Notes: generated by a model from the letters alone, not told the origin. Shown: positions 42,868-54,595, numbered from the stretch's first letter. The stretch is 64,000 nt of DNA from an uncultured Candidatus Rokubacteria bacterium (GCA_963758635.1 CAVWWD010000008.1:960001-1024000); one strand, 5' to 3'. Program-made: numbers and translations.

Positions 42868-42972
42868 CGGCCGACCCCGCCGGGCAGCCGCGCGCCGACC
42901 AGGGGCCCGGCGGGGCGCACCGGCCGGGCCCTCGCGCGAGCGTCGAGGATGCAGGCAGGGGCGCGGGCCCTC

Positions 42973-43665
42973 ATGCCTGAGCCGGTGATCGTCCTCATCG
43001 AGGACGAGCCGCCAGATCCGGCGATTCCTGCGCGCCACCCTGACGGGACAGGGCTACCGGCTCTTCGAGGCGGGACGGGCGCCGACGGGGTCGTCGAGGT
43101 CGCGACGCGGCAGCCCGACGTGGTCATCATCGACCTCGGCCTCCCGGACATGGACGGGCTCGAGGTGATCCGGCGGGTGCGCGAGTGGAGCGCCGTGCCG
43201 ATCATCGTGCTCTCGGCGCGCGGCCAGGAGCGGGACAAGGTCGCCGCGCTCGACGCGGGCGCGGACGACTACATCGGGAAGCCGTTCGGCGCGGGCGAGC
43301 TCCTCGCCCGGGTGCGCGTGGCCCTGCGCCACGGCGCGGGGGCCGCGCGGGAGGGGGAGGAGGCGCCGTTCACGATCGGCGACCTCAAGGTCGATCGTCT
43401 CCACCGCCGGGTCTTCGTGGGGGCGACCGAGGTGCGGTTGACCCCGATCGAGTACCGGTTGCTCGTCACGCTCGTCAAGCACGCGGGGAAGGTGCTGACG
43501 CACCAGCAGCTGCTGCGGGAGGTCTGGGGGCCCGGCCACACGGAGCAAGCTCACTACCTGCGCGTCTACATGGCCCACCTGCGGCACAAGCTCGAGGCCG
43601 AGCCGGCGCGCCCGCGCTATTTGCTCACCGAGCCTGGCGTCGGCTACCGCCTGGCCGCGGAGTAG
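42973..43665 (+). CDS. kdpE: Response regulator KdpE (indels near 5' end)
   Basis: DLGLPDMDG, LSARGQERDKVAALDAGADDY, LTPIEYRLL, HYLRVYMAHLRHKLEAEPARP. Confidence 0.92.
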   Translation: MPEPVIVLIEDEPPDPAIPARHPDGTGLPALRGGTGADGVVEVATRQPDVVIIDLGLPDMDGLEVIRRVREWSAVPIIVLSARGQERDKVAALDAGADDYIGKPFGAGELLARVRVALRHGAGAAREGEEAPFTIGDLKVDRLHRRVFVGATEVRLTPIEYRLLVTLVKHAGKVLTHQQLLREVWGPGHTEQAHYLRVYMAHLRHKLEAEPARPRYLLTEPGVGYRLAAE

Positions 43666-43791
43666 CCGCTCCGGCGGTGGCCTGACGCGTGGCGGCGGCG
43701 TGCGCGTACCAGATGAAGGCGCAGCCCATCTCGCGGCTCTCTGGTGGCGAGCGGGAGGCGGGCCATGGAGCCTCCTCTGCGTCGGATGGAT

Positions 43792-44613
43792 CTAGAACTT
43801 CCACTTCGCCAGCAGCAGGACCCGGTAGTCGATCGCGCGGGGTCCGGTCAGGGGGAGCTGGACCCCGATGGAGATGCTCGTGTTGCCGGGCAGCAAGACC
43901 TCGAACCCCGGGAGCGCCAGTAGCTGGGTGCGCGCGTCGTCGAAACCCCGCACCGGCGTGAACAGGTTCAGCTCGACGAACGGAATCACGGCGCTCACCG
44001 CGGGACTCCCGGTGGCGATCGGGTAGCCCACGGCCGCGTTCGCCTGGAACAGTGCCTGGCCCGACAGGGGGCCGGTGACGCCCCAGGCGTAGCGCAGATC
44101 GCCCAGCAGATCGACCGGGCCGAGCTTGAGGCCGCCGGTCACGAACGGCTGGACGACAGTGGAGCCGGCGAGCACGTGCGCGGAGCCGGTCGGCAGTCCG
44201 AGCGTCAGCCCCACGTCCACCTGGGCTCGGCGCTCGGGGGACACCCAGAGGCGCGCCTGCCCGCTGAGGACGATGTCCCCGATGCCGGCGTCGCTGCCGG
44301 GGCCTTCGGGATCGGCGACCACGGCTGGTACCTCGAGGCTCAGGTGGAGCCACGAGAGTACCGGGTACTGGAACTTGAGCGAGGCCAGGGTGAAGCGGCC
44401 GTCGGGCGCCTTCGTGTGATCCACGAAGACGGCGAGCTCCCGGCTGATGCCGGGCGTCGAGGTGATGACTGGGTCGAACACCTCGATGTCGGTCGGGGTC
44501 GCGTCATCGGCCGCGGCCTGGGCCGGCGCGCTGACCGGCTGGGGACAGACTCCCAACATCGCGGTCAGGATCGCGGCCACCGCGGCCCTTGCCGCACCGC
44601 CCGGTCGACTCAT
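43792..44613 (-). CDS. Exported protein, probable outer-membrane beta-barrel (MetA/CoxB-like)
   Basis: Signal peptide, GIGDIVL..., LGLPTG, alternating strands, C-terminal Phe (KWKF). Confidence 0.6.
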   Translation of the reverse strand: MSRPGGAARAAVAAILTAMLGVCPQPVSAPAQAAADDATPTDIEVFDPVITSTPGISRELAVFVDHTKAPDGRFTLASLKFQYPVLSWLHLSLEVPAVVADPEGPGSDAGIGDIVLSGQARLWVSPERRAQVDVGLTLGLPTGSAHVLAGSTVVQPFVTGGLKLGPVDLLGDLRYAWGVTGPLSGQALFQANAAVGYPIATGSPAVSAVIPFVELNLFTPVRGFDDARTQLLALPGFEVLLPGNTSISIGVQLPLTGPRAIDYRVLLLAKWKF

Positions 44614-44788
44614 CGGCGCGGTCTGCGTCACGCTACCTGTCCGCCGCTGGATTATGGGCGGCGACGGACGCGAACACAACGACGGCTCGCGTTCGACCCT
44701 CTCCGCCACCGCGCGTTCGCTATTCAGACGTGATGCCCTTCCGGAGCCGTAGGCGCCATCGAGCGGCCGACGCGCACGCGGCGCGGGA

Positions 44789-45551
44789 TCAGCGTGGCTT
44801 GGCGAGGACCGGATCGAGGAGGGACCGGGGCTCCACGTTGCCCAGCGCGGCCGCCACCGAGGCGGGGACGCCGGGATGCCGGGCCCCGAGGGTCGACAGG
44901 AACGCCCGGATCTCGCGCCGCACGCCGTCCTTGTCGCCGCACACGCAGCCCACGGGCGCGAGGCCGTGGGCGCGCGCGTACGCCGTCGTGAGGTCCTCGC
45001 CCACGTGGACGAGGGGCCGCACGAGCCGGATCGTCCCCTTGCGCGCGCGCGGCCACCGGCGGCAGCGACGCGATGCGGCCGTTGAACAGGATGTTCCGCA
45101 GGAGCGCCTCGGCGCAGTCGTCCGCGGTGTGGCCGAGGGCGAGCACCGTGCAGCCCAGCCGGCTCGCCGCGCGGTAGAGCGCGCTCCGGCGGTGACGGCT
45201 GCACACGTCGCAGCCGTGGACGACGCCGCCCGCGACCAGGTCGAGCGTGGCCGGATCCTCCCGCAGCTCCCACGGCACGCCGAGCGCGCGGATCGCGCCC
45301 TCCACGGCCCGGATCGGCGCCTTGAACTTCCCCTGCTCGATGGTGATCGCGACCAGCTCGTACGGGAACGGCGCGCGGCGCCGGTACGCGACCAGCGCGT
45401 GGAGCAGGCACAGGCTGTCCTTGCCGCCCGACACGCCCACCGCGACGCGGTCGCCCGCCTGCAGCATGGCGAACTCGCCCATCGCGCGCCCCACCAGGTC
45501 GAGCACGCGATGCTCGAGCGCGCCGGCCTCGGGCCCGGTCGCGACGCTCAC
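44789..45551 (-). CDS. ttcA: tRNA 2-thiocytidine biosynthesis protein (frameshift ~45045)
   Basis: VGVSGGKDS PP-loop, CDVCSR, LGHTADD, RPL, CVCG. Confidence 0.8.
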
Positions 45552-46582
45552 GCCCCGTTCTCCGCGGGCAGGTCCGCGCGCGGCAGCCCGAACACCTCGG
45601 CGATGAGCTCGTAGGAGCGGAGCCGCGCCTTGAAGTCGTGCGCGATGCTGACGACCACGAGCTCGTCCACGCCGTACTGCCGGGCGAGCGCGGTGAGCTC
45701 GGCGTGCACCTGCTCGGGCGCGCCCGCGATGGTGCGCCGCCGCGCCTGCTCCACGATGGCCAGCTCGTGCGCGTCGTACGGGTACGTCTCCGCCTCCTCG
45801 ACCGAGGGGAACGGCCCGTGCCGGCCCGTGTACAGCCGCACGATCGAGAGGTGCCGGCAGCGCGCGAGACGCTTGGCTTCCGCCTCGGTGTCCGCGCAGA
45901 GCGCGAACACGGCCGCGCTCGCCCGCGGCGCCGCCATCTCCGGCGAGGGCCGGAACGCTTCGAGGTAGGCGCGCATCACGTCGGCGCCGCCGTCGGCATT
46001 GATGAAGTGCGCAAACGAGAAGCCCGCGCCGAGGTGGGCGGCGATGGCCGCGCTCTCGTCGCTCGAGCCGAGGAGCCACACTTCCGGCGCGGTGGGGCCG
46101 GTGGGCATCGCGTGGACGCCGGCGAACGGATGGTTCGCGGGGAGCCGGTCGTGCACGTAGTCGATCACGTCCGTCACCTGCTGGGGGAACTCGTGGAGGC
46201 CGACCGCGCCGGGGCCGTGACGGAGGGCCCGGGCCGTCCGCTGGTCGCTGCCGGGCGCGCGGCCGATGCCGAGGTCGATGCGCCCGGGGAAGAGCGTCTC
46301 GAGCACGCGGAACGACTCGGCCACCTTGAGCGCGCTGTAGTGGCTCAGCATCACGCCCCCGGATCCGATCCGCATGCGCGAGGTGCGGGCGGCGACCTGA
46401 CCGATGAGCACCTCGGGGGCGGAGCCGGCGAGGCCGCGGCTCGCGTGGTGCTCGGCGAGCCAGTACCGGTGGTACCCCAGGCGCTCGCAGGCGGGGGCGA
46501 GCTCGAGCGTCTCCCGGATGGCCTGGGCCGCGGTGCCGCCGCTCCGGATCGGCGACTGATCGAGCACGCTCAGCGTGAGCAT
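45548..46582 (-). CDS. LLM-class flavin-dependent oxidoreductase (YhbW-like)
   Basis: LSVLDQSP, YWLAEHH, GSGGVML, GIGRAPG, WLLGSS. Confidence 0.92.
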   Translation of the reverse strand: MLTLSVLDQSPIRSGGTAAQAIRETLELAPACERLGYHRYWLAEHHASRGLAGSAPEVLIGQVAARTSRMRIGSGGVMLSHYSALKVAESFRVLETLFPGRIDLGIGRAPGSDQRTARALRHGPGAVGLHEFPQQVTDVIDYVHDRLPANHPFAGVHAMPTGPTAPEVWLLGSSDESAAIAAHLGAGFSFAHFINADGGADVMRAYLEAFRPSPEMAAPRASAAVFALCADTEAEAKRLARCRHLSIVRLYTGRHGPFPSVEEAETYPYDAHELAIVEQARRRTIAGAPEQVHAELTALARQYGVDELVVVSIAHDFKARLRSYELIAEVFGLPRADLPAENGA

Positions 46583-46706
46583 GGCCGCATGTTACACGAG
46601 ACGTCACGGAGCCCCGGGGATCGCGTATACTCCTTGAAGATCAGCGGGCCGACCGTCACGGGCCCAGCCTGGCTGGGCTCTCTTTGAAACCGGAAAGGAG
46701 ATCCGA

Positions 46707-47894
<1,188 letters not shown>

Positions 47895-47940
47895 ACGATC
47901 GACTGCCCGTCAACGCCGTCTTCGTCGGCTGAGAACCCGG

Positions 47941-47974
47941 GCCCGGTGATCGCCCCGCGAGGGGCGACCCGGGC
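47941..47974 (+). terminator. GC-rich hairpin after thiolase (possible terminator)
   Basis: TCGCCCC-GCGA-GGGGCGA core with GCCCGG/CCGGGC extension; weak U-tract. Confidence 0.4.
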
Positions 47975-48110
47975 CTGTCTTCGCTCAGGGGAAGTGCCGA
48001 GAGGGGCTCTGCACCAGCACGGCAGCGCCCGAGGACGGAGACGCGCGATGTTGTACCGCGGGGCGAGGTCAACCACTACGTGGCGTGGAAAGTGAGACAA
48101 CAGTGCTAGC

Positions 48111-49375
48111 ATGGGGCACGGCATGACCCGCCGTCTCCTCATCGTCGTCGCCGTGGTGGTGGCGCTCGCCGCCATCGCCTACGGGGGCCACGCCTGGTGG
48201 TACAGCCTCAATCACATCTCCACCGACGACGCATATGTCGACGGCACCATCGCCGCCATCAGCGCCAAGGTCGTCGGCCACGTGGCCGAGGTCTCCTTCG
48301 AGGACAACAAGCCGGTGAAGACCGGCCAGATCCTCCTGCGCATCGACCCGCGCGACTACGAGGCCAAGCGCGACCAGGCGCGCGCGGCGGTGGCGGTGGC
48401 CGCGGCGAGCCTCGAGGCGATGAAGTCCGAGACGCAGCTCGCGCGCGAGACCACGGTGGCGCAGGCCGACGAGGCGCGCGCCACCCTCGAGTCGTCGCGG
48501 GTGGCCGAGCAGGGGGCCCAGGCCGCCGTCGAGGAGGGCCGAGCCACCATCGAGACCAAGCGCGCCGCCCTCGCGGTGGTGCAGGCCGAGCTGGCGGGGG
48601 GCGCAGCACCGTCCGCCAGACGAGCCGCGAGATGGAGCGGATGCGCCGCCTGCTCGACGGCGGATTCGTCGCCCAGCGCGAGTTCGACCAGGCGGAGCTG
48701 GCCGTCCACACGTCGGCGTCGAACCTCGAGGCCGCGGAGCGGCGCGTGAGCCAGGCCGAGCGCGAGGTGCAGCAGGCGGAGGCGGCGCTGGCCAGCCGCG
48801 TGGCCGCGGTCGGACAGGCGAAGCAGCGCGTGATCGAGGCGCGCGCCGCGCTGGCCCGGATCGAGGGCCAGCGCCACACGGTGACGGTCAAGGAGGCGGA
48901 GATGGGCCGCGCCGCGGCGAGCCTCACCCAGGCGCGGGCCGACCTCTCCTTCGCCGAGCTCCAGCTCCAGTACACGGAGGTCAAGGCGCCCATGGACGGC
49001 GTCGTCTCGAAGAAGTCGGTCGAGGTCGGCCAGGTGGTGCAGGTGGGCCAGCCGCTGCTCGCGCTGGTGCCGCTCGCCGACGTGTGGGTGGTGGCCAACT
49101 TCAAGGAGACGCAGCTCAGCCGCGTGACGCCCGGCCAGGTGGCCGACGTGGAGATCGACACGTTCCCGGGCAAGCGCTTCCGCGGCACCGTGGACTCGCT
49201 GAGCGCGGGCACGGGGGCGCGCTTCTCGCTGCTGCCGCCCGAGAACGCCACGGGCAACTGGGTGAAGGTGGTGCAGCGCATCCCGGTGAAGATCCGCATC
49301 GACGCCAAGCAGTTCGGCAACCCGCACACGCTCCGCGCCGGCATGTCCGCGTACGTCACCATCAAGGTGAAGTAG
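48111..49375 (+). CDS. HlyD/EmrA family membrane fusion protein (frameshift ~48600)
   Basis: STDDAYV, ANFKETQL, FSLLPPENATGNWVKVVQRIPV. Confidence 0.92.
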
Positions 49376-49408
49376 GCGGCCGGGTCCCGTTTTCGCCTGA
49401 GCGGGGCG

Positions 49409-51712
49409 ATGAGCCCGCGCGATCCCGGACGCCTGGCCCTGCTGGAGTCGATCCAGCGACGCGTCCTCTGGCTGGCCACCTACACCGTCCACCACGCCAA
49501 TCTCGTCCGGCCCAACCCGGACGGCAGCAAGGTGGGCGGGCACCAGGCCTCGTCGTCCTCGCTCGTGAGCATCCTCACCGCGCTCTACTTCGACGCGCTC
49601 CGCTCCGAGGACCTCGTCGCGCTCAAGGCCCACGCGTCGCCCGCCTTCTACGCGATCCAGTACCTGCGGGGGCGCCTCTCCGCCGACGACCTCCGGGGCC
49701 TGCGCACCTTCGAGGGCCTCCAGGCGTACCCGAGCCGGCGCAAGAACCCGGAGATCGTGGACCTGTCCACGGGCTCCATGGGGCTGGGCGCGGTGGCCGC
49801 GAGCTTCTCCGCGCTGGGCGCGCGCTACCTCGCCGACCACGGCGGCGACGAGCCCGCGGGCCGTGTGATCGTGATGGTGGGCGACGCCGAGATCGACGAG
49901 GGCAACGTGTGGGAGGCCCTGCTCGAGGAGGCGGTGGCAACCCTCGGGAACCTCCTCTGGATCGTCGACCTCAACCGGCAGAGCCTCGACCGGGTCACGC
50001 CGGACGCGCGGCGGCGCCAGCTCGCGCAGATGTTCTCGGCCAACGGCTGGCGGGTCATCGAGCTCCGGTGGGGCCATCGGCTGCGCGCGCTGTTCGGCCG
50101 GCCGGGCGGCGCGGCGCTCCAGCGCCGCCTGGAGGAGATGCCCTCGGCCGAGTACCAGGCGATGCTCCGGCTGCCGGCGAGCGGCGCGCGCAAGCGCCTG
50201 GCCGCGGCGGGCCCGGGCGGCGTCGATCCCGCGGTGGACCGTCTCCTCGGCGAGATGTCCGACGACGAGATCCACGCCGTGGCCGGCGACGTCGGCGGCC
50301 ACGACCTCGCCGCCATTCTCGACGCGCTGGACGAGGCGGACCAGCACCGCGACCGGCCGACGGTGATCCTCGCCGACACCGTGAAGGGGTGGGGCACGCC
50401 GCTGGCCGCGGATCCGCTGAACCACGGCGCGCTCCTCACCGCGGGCCAGATCGACGAGCTGCGCCGGCGCCTCGGCGTGGCCGAGGGCGAGGAGTGGGCC
50501 GGATTCGGCGAGGGGACGCCGGAGGCCGCGCTCATCGCGGGGCTGCCCCGCCTCTTCACCGCGCCCGCCGCGCGGGCCACGCCGGAGATCCCGCCGGCGA
50601 TCGAGGAACGGCATCCGCCGCAGAGCTCGACGCAGGAGGCCTTCGGCCGCGCGCTGACCGCGCTCGGACGCGCCCCGGTGGGGGAGCGGATCGTCACGGT
50701 GTCCGCCGACGTCGCCATCACCACGCACCTCGCGGGGTGGATCAACAGGAAGGGCGTGTACTTCCCGACCGCGCGGGCGAATCCGTTCGCGGAGCTGCCG
50801 CAGGCCATGCAGTGGAACGAGTCGCCGGCCGGCCAGCACATCGAGCTGGGGATCGCCGAGCACAACCTGTTCCTGCTGCTGGGCGCGCTGGGCCTGTCGC
50901 ACGAGCTGACCGGGACGACGCTCTTCCCGATCGGCACGCTCTACGATCCGTTCGTCACGCGCGGGCTCGACGCGCTCTACCACGCGCTCTACTCGGGCGC
51001 GCGCTTCATCGTGGCGGCGACGCCCTCGGGGGTGAGCCTCTCGTGGGAAGGCGGCGCGCACCAGTCGGTGATCACCCCGCCCATCGGCATCGCGCTGCCC
51101 GCCATGCGGAGCTTCGAGCCGGCGTTCGCGGTCGAGGTCGAGTGGATCCTTCTCGACGCGCTCGCCCGCCTCGTCCGCGGCGGGGACGGCGAGAGCGCCT
51201 ACCTCAGGCTCTCGACGCGGGCCGTGGACCAGTCCCTCGCGCCCGCGCCCACTCCGCTCCAGCGGGATCGCGTGCTGCGCGGCGGGTACCGGCTGATCGA
51301 CGCGCGCGAGGAGCCGGGATACGCGCCGGACCGCGCCGTGCACGTCTTCGCGACCGGCGTCATGGTGCCCGAGGCGGTCGAGGCGTCACGCCGGCTGCGC
51401 GAGCAGGGCGTCTTCACCAGCGTCTTCGCGGTGACCAGCGCGGACCTCCTCTACCGCGGGCTGCGCGACCGGCAGCCCTACCTCGAAGAGCTGGTCGGGG
51501 CGGACGAGGAGGACGTGCCCGTGGTGTCGGTGCTCGACGGGCATTCGCACACGCTGGCGTTCATCGGCTCGGCGCTCGGGGTGACCCAGATGCCGCTCGG
51601 CGTGGACAGCTTCGGCCAGTCGGGCGCGCGCGCCGACCTCTACCGCCACTACGGCATCGACGCTCCCGCCATCGCGCGCGCGGCCCTGGTGCTCCTCGGG
51701 TCTCCCGGGTAA
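49409..51712 (+). CDS. Pyruvate dehydrogenase E1 (AceE)/transketolase-like TPP enzyme
   Basis: KVGGHQAS, STGSMGLG, GDAEIDEG...N, ELGIAE, EGGAHQS, FGQSG. Confidence 0.88.
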   Translation: MSPRDPGRLALLESIQRRVLWLATYTVHHANLVRPNPDGSKVGGHQASSSSLVSILTALYFDALRSEDLVALKAHASPAFYAIQYLRGRLSADDLRGLRTFEGLQAYPSRRKNPEIVDLSTGSMGLGAVAASFSALGARYLADHGGDEPAGRVIVMVGDAEIDEGNVWEALLEEAVATLGNLLWIVDLNRQSLDRVTPDARRRQLAQMFSANGWRVIELRWGHRLRALFGRPGGAALQRRLEEMPSAEYQAMLRLPASGARKRLAAAGPGGVDPAVDRLLGEMSDDEIHAVAGDVGGHDLAAILDALDEADQHRDRPTVILADTVKGWGTPLAADPLNHGALLTAGQIDELRRRLGVAEGEEWAGFGEGTPEAALIAGLPRLFTAPAARATPEIPPAIEERHPPQSSTQEAFGRALTALGRAPVGERIVTVSADVAITTHLAGWINRKGVYFPTARANPFAELPQAMQWNESPAGQHIELGIAEHNLFLLLGALGLSHELTGTTLFPIGTLYDPFVTRGLDALYHALYSGARFIVAATPSGVSLSWEGGAHQSVITPPIGIALPAMRSFEPAFAVEVEWILLDALARLVRGGDGESAYLRLSTRAVDQSLAPAPTPLQRDRVLRGGYRLIDAREEPGYAPDRAVHVFATGVMVPEAVEASRRLREQGVFTSVFAVTSADLLYRGLRDRQPYLEELVGADEEDVPVVSVLDGHSHTLAFIGSALGVTQMPLGVDSFGQSGARADLYRHYGIDAPAIARAALVLLGSPG

Positions 51713-51742
51713 GAGCCCCCTCCGGATAGCTCGCGCGTGGGC

Positions 51743-51888
51743 GGGGCGGCGGGGAGGTACCTGGGGTCGTGGGACCACGCCGCACGCGTCCGCTGCCCCG
51801 CTGGGACTGGGCTCCATCCGGGCGCGCTGGGTCCGCATACCGATGGAGGGGAAGGGTCCCGTGACCCCAGGTACCTCCCCGCCGCCCC
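51743..51888. repeat. ~145-bp hairpin element, copy B (34-bp terminal inverted repeats)
   Basis: 51743-51776 pairs with 51855-51888 with two G-T pairs; core homologous to copy A. Confidence 0.9.
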
Positions 51889-51945
51889 AACACGCTGCGC
51901 TGTTGAGAGCCGCTGTCAACTGGAAGCGCGATTCTGCCGGAGGGC

Positions 51946-53091
51946 TCAGGCGCCTGTGCGTAGCTCGGTGGAGGAAACGTCTACGCGGAAGCGGCTCTCG
52001 GGGATGGCGGCGAACATGTCGGCGAAGCGCGCGGGGATGCCCGCATCACTCAGCGAACGGACCTGGCCGGCGGGGTCGAGGCGGGCGGCCACGAGGAAGC
52101 GGCAGCGGCGGCGGGCCATCTCGTCGAGGGCGGCGCGCATCCGGGTGTCGCTGTCGCCGTAGTAGCGCGGGGCCACGAGCCGCTCGGCGGTGTCGGCTCC
52201 GATCACGAACGTGGCGCCGGAGAAGAGGCGCGACTTCTCCAGAAACGTGGGGGCGCGGGTCAGCTCGACCGTGGCGCGCCAGGCGAACTGGGTGAGGCGG
52301 CGGCGCACCTCCGAGGTGGTCAGCGGGGGTTTGTCCACGTTCACCACCGACAGCTCGAAGTGGACGGGCGCGCCGAGGATCTCCGCCGCCGCTTGCGCCA
52401 GGCCGAGATGGCCCTGATGCAGGGGGTTGAACGATCCGGGCAGGACGGCGGCAGGGGGTTTCGCCGGCGGCGAGACCTGCCCATCCGGATGCGCGGTCAC
52501 GCGGGCGAGCGTTCCCGCCACGAGGTGGTCGATCAACGAGGCGGGGGGGCGCGAGGTGACGGAACAGCGGTCCTCGGGACCCAGCGCGCTCTCCATGGTG
52601 GGCGCGGCGATCCCGCAGGCGCGGGCGAGGCAGAGGACGATGGCCCGGGCGACCACGTCTTCTTCCTCGGCGCGGTCGCGCTGGCCCTTGGCGAGGACGA
52701 CCGAGACGATGTCGACGCCCGAGCCCGACGTGACGGCGACGTGGAAGCGGTGGTCGCCCTTCTTGGGCCGGTCGCTGGCGAGGCTCGCGGTGGCGCCGAG
52801 GCCGATGGGCCGCGTGTCGGGATGGGCGAGGGCGGCGGCCTTCTGCCGCGCGCGGTCGGCCATGGCGGCAGCGGTGTCCTCGCTGCAGGCCTGCTCGACG
52901 GGCCCGCCCACGAAGTCCTCCAGGGCGCGGGCGTCGTAGGGCACGAGGGCCTCGAGGAGGAGCTTCGAGCCGCCGGGAATCCGGAGGATCTCCGCGATGG
53001 CGCCGCTGCCGCCGCCGGTGATGGCCAGGACGGCCTGGCAGCCGGAGGCGTGCGTCGCCCGGATCAGTTCCGACCACGCCTGCGCCTGCAT
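51946..53091 (-). CDS. CinA-like domain + HIGH-motif nucleotidyltransferase fusion
   Basis: N-terminal AITGGGS..PGGS..LE..VPY; C-terminal PGSFNPLHQGH, NVDKP, GADT, DVSSTELR. Confidence 0.8.
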   Translation of the reverse strand: MQAQAWSELIRATHASGCQAVLAITGGGSGAIAEILRIPGGSKLLLEALVPYDARALEDFVGGPVEQACSEDTAAAMADRARQKAAALAHPDTRPIGLGATASLASDRPKKGDHRFHVAVTSGSGVDIVSVVLAKGQRDRAEEEDVVARAIVLCLARACGIAAPTMESALGPEDRCSVTSRPPASLIDHLVAGTLARVTAHPDGQVSPPAKPPAAVLPGSFNPLHQGHLGLAQAAAEILGAPVHFELSVVNVDKPPLTTSEVRRRLTQFAWRATVELTRAPTFLEKSRLFSGATFVIGADTAERLVAPRYYGDSDTRMRAALDEMARRRCRFLVAARLDPAGQVRSLSDAGIPARFADMFAAIPESRFRVDVSSTELRTGA

Positions 53092-53273
53092 CGGCCCGGC
53101 CTCTCCCCGCGTCGGAGTCGATCGTGCGTCCTCGAGTCGGCGCGTGCGGCTCGTGGGCATCGCGGGCGCCACGAGTCGACGGCTGCGCGAAGTATAGCGT
53201 GCCGGGCGCCCGCGTGACGCCGGACGCGCCCGGCAGTGTTAGCCTGTGGGGCGAGCCCGGAGGCTCTCGCTCA

Positions 53274-53549
53274 ATGTGCCGATCGATCAAGACGCTCCAC
53301 AACTTCGCGCCGCCCGCGACCGACGAGGAGATCCGCGCGTCCGCGCTCCAGTTCGTGCGGAAGCTCTCGGGATTCACGCGGCCGTCCAAGGCGAACGAGG
53401 CGCCGTTCGCCCGGGCCGTGGACCAGGTCTCCGCCGTCGCTCGCGAGCTCATCGACTCGCTCGTGGCCCATGCCGCTCCCCGTGATCGCGAGGTGGAGGC
53501 GGCGAAGGCGCGGGCGCGCGGGCTGGAACGGGGCCGGCGGGCCCGCTGA
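53274..53549 (+). CDS. DUF2277 family protein
   Basis: MCRSIKTLHNFAPPATDEEIRASALQFVRKLSG. Confidence 0.88.
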   Translation: MCRSIKTLHNFAPPATDEEIRASALQFVRKLSGFTRPSKANEAPFARAVDQVSAVARELIDSLVAHAAPRDREVEAAKARARGLERGRRAR

Positions 53550-53624
53550 CGAGGCCGGCCACGGTGTCGGCGCTGGAGATGCCGGGGAACCAGGAGGACA
53601 CCGCGTGAGCGCGGGGAGGACGCC

Positions 53625-54431
53625 ATGACGCATCAGCCGCTCAAGGGACAGACCGCCCTGGTGACCGGCGCCAGCTCGGGCATCGGCGAGGCGGTGGCCC
53701 GCGCCCTCGGCGCCGCCGGGGCCGACGTGGTCGTGAACTTCGCGCACCATTCCGACGCGGCCAAGCGCATCGCGGCCGACATCGCCGCGGGCGGCGTGCG
53801 GGCGATGGCCATCCGCGCGGACGTCTCGAACGAGGCCGAGGTGCAGGCGATGTTCCGCGAGATGCTCTCCGCCTGGGGCGCCATCGATATCCTCGTCAAC
53901 AACGCCGGCCTCCAGAAGGACGCGGCGTTCGTCGACATGACGCTCGAGCAGTGGAACACCGTGCTCTCGGTGAATCTCACCGGCATGTTCCTGTGCGCCC
54001 GCGAGGCCGCGCGCGAGATGATCCGGCGGGGCGTGCGGCCCGGCGTCTCGCGGGCCGCGGGCAAGATCATCTGCATGTCGTCGGTGCACGAGCTGATCCC
54101 CTGGGCCGGTCACGTCAACTACGCGGCCTCGAAAGGCGGCGTGAAGCTCTTCATGCAGTCCCTGGCCCAGGAGCTGGCGCCGCACCGCATCCGCGTCAAC
54201 TCGATCGGCCCGGGCGCGATCCAGACACCGATCAACCGCGACGCCTGGGGGACGCCCGCCGCGCTCGAGAGCCTCCTGAAGCTCATCCCCTACGGGCGCA
54301 TCGGCCAGCCCGAGGACATCGGCCGCGCCGCGGCCTGGCTGGCCTCGGACGACGCGGACTACGTGCACGGCCAGACGATCTTCGTGGACGGCGGGATGAC
54401 GCTCTACCCGGAGTTCGCTCACGGCGGCTAG
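53625..54431 (+). CDS. SDR, glucose 1-dehydrogenase-like
   Basis: TGASSGIG, NNAG, SSVHELIPW, YAASKGG, DGGMTLYP. Confidence 0.9.
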   Translation: MTHQPLKGQTALVTGASSGIGEAVARALGAAGADVVVNFAHHSDAAKRIAADIAAGGVRAMAIRADVSNEAEVQAMFREMLSAWGAIDILVNNAGLQKDAAFVDMTLEQWNTVLSVNLTGMFLCAREAAREMIRRGVRPGVSRAAGKIICMSSVHELIPWAGHVNYAASKGGVKLFMQSLAQELAPHRIRVNSIGPGAIQTPINRDAWGTPAALESLLKLIPYGRIGQPEDIGRAAAWLASDDADYVHGQTIFVDGGMTLYPEFAHGG

Positions 54432-54490
54432 TCTAGAGGGCTTCGCTCACGGCGCGCCGTCGGCCGGGCCCGCCCAGCTCGCGCAACGTC

Positions 54491-54586
54491 GGGGTCAGGT
54501 CTTGCAATGCCACACCCGGCCGGAAGCATCGGCACGCGGCTTCGTGCGGGCCCGGCACGAAACGTCGCAATCCAAGACCTGAGCCC
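54491..54586. repeat. REP-like inverted pair GGGGTCAGGTCTTG / CAAGACCTGAGCCC
   Basis: 13/14 inverted match between convergent genes. Confidence 0.6.
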
Positions 54587-54595
54587 TGCGCGGCT

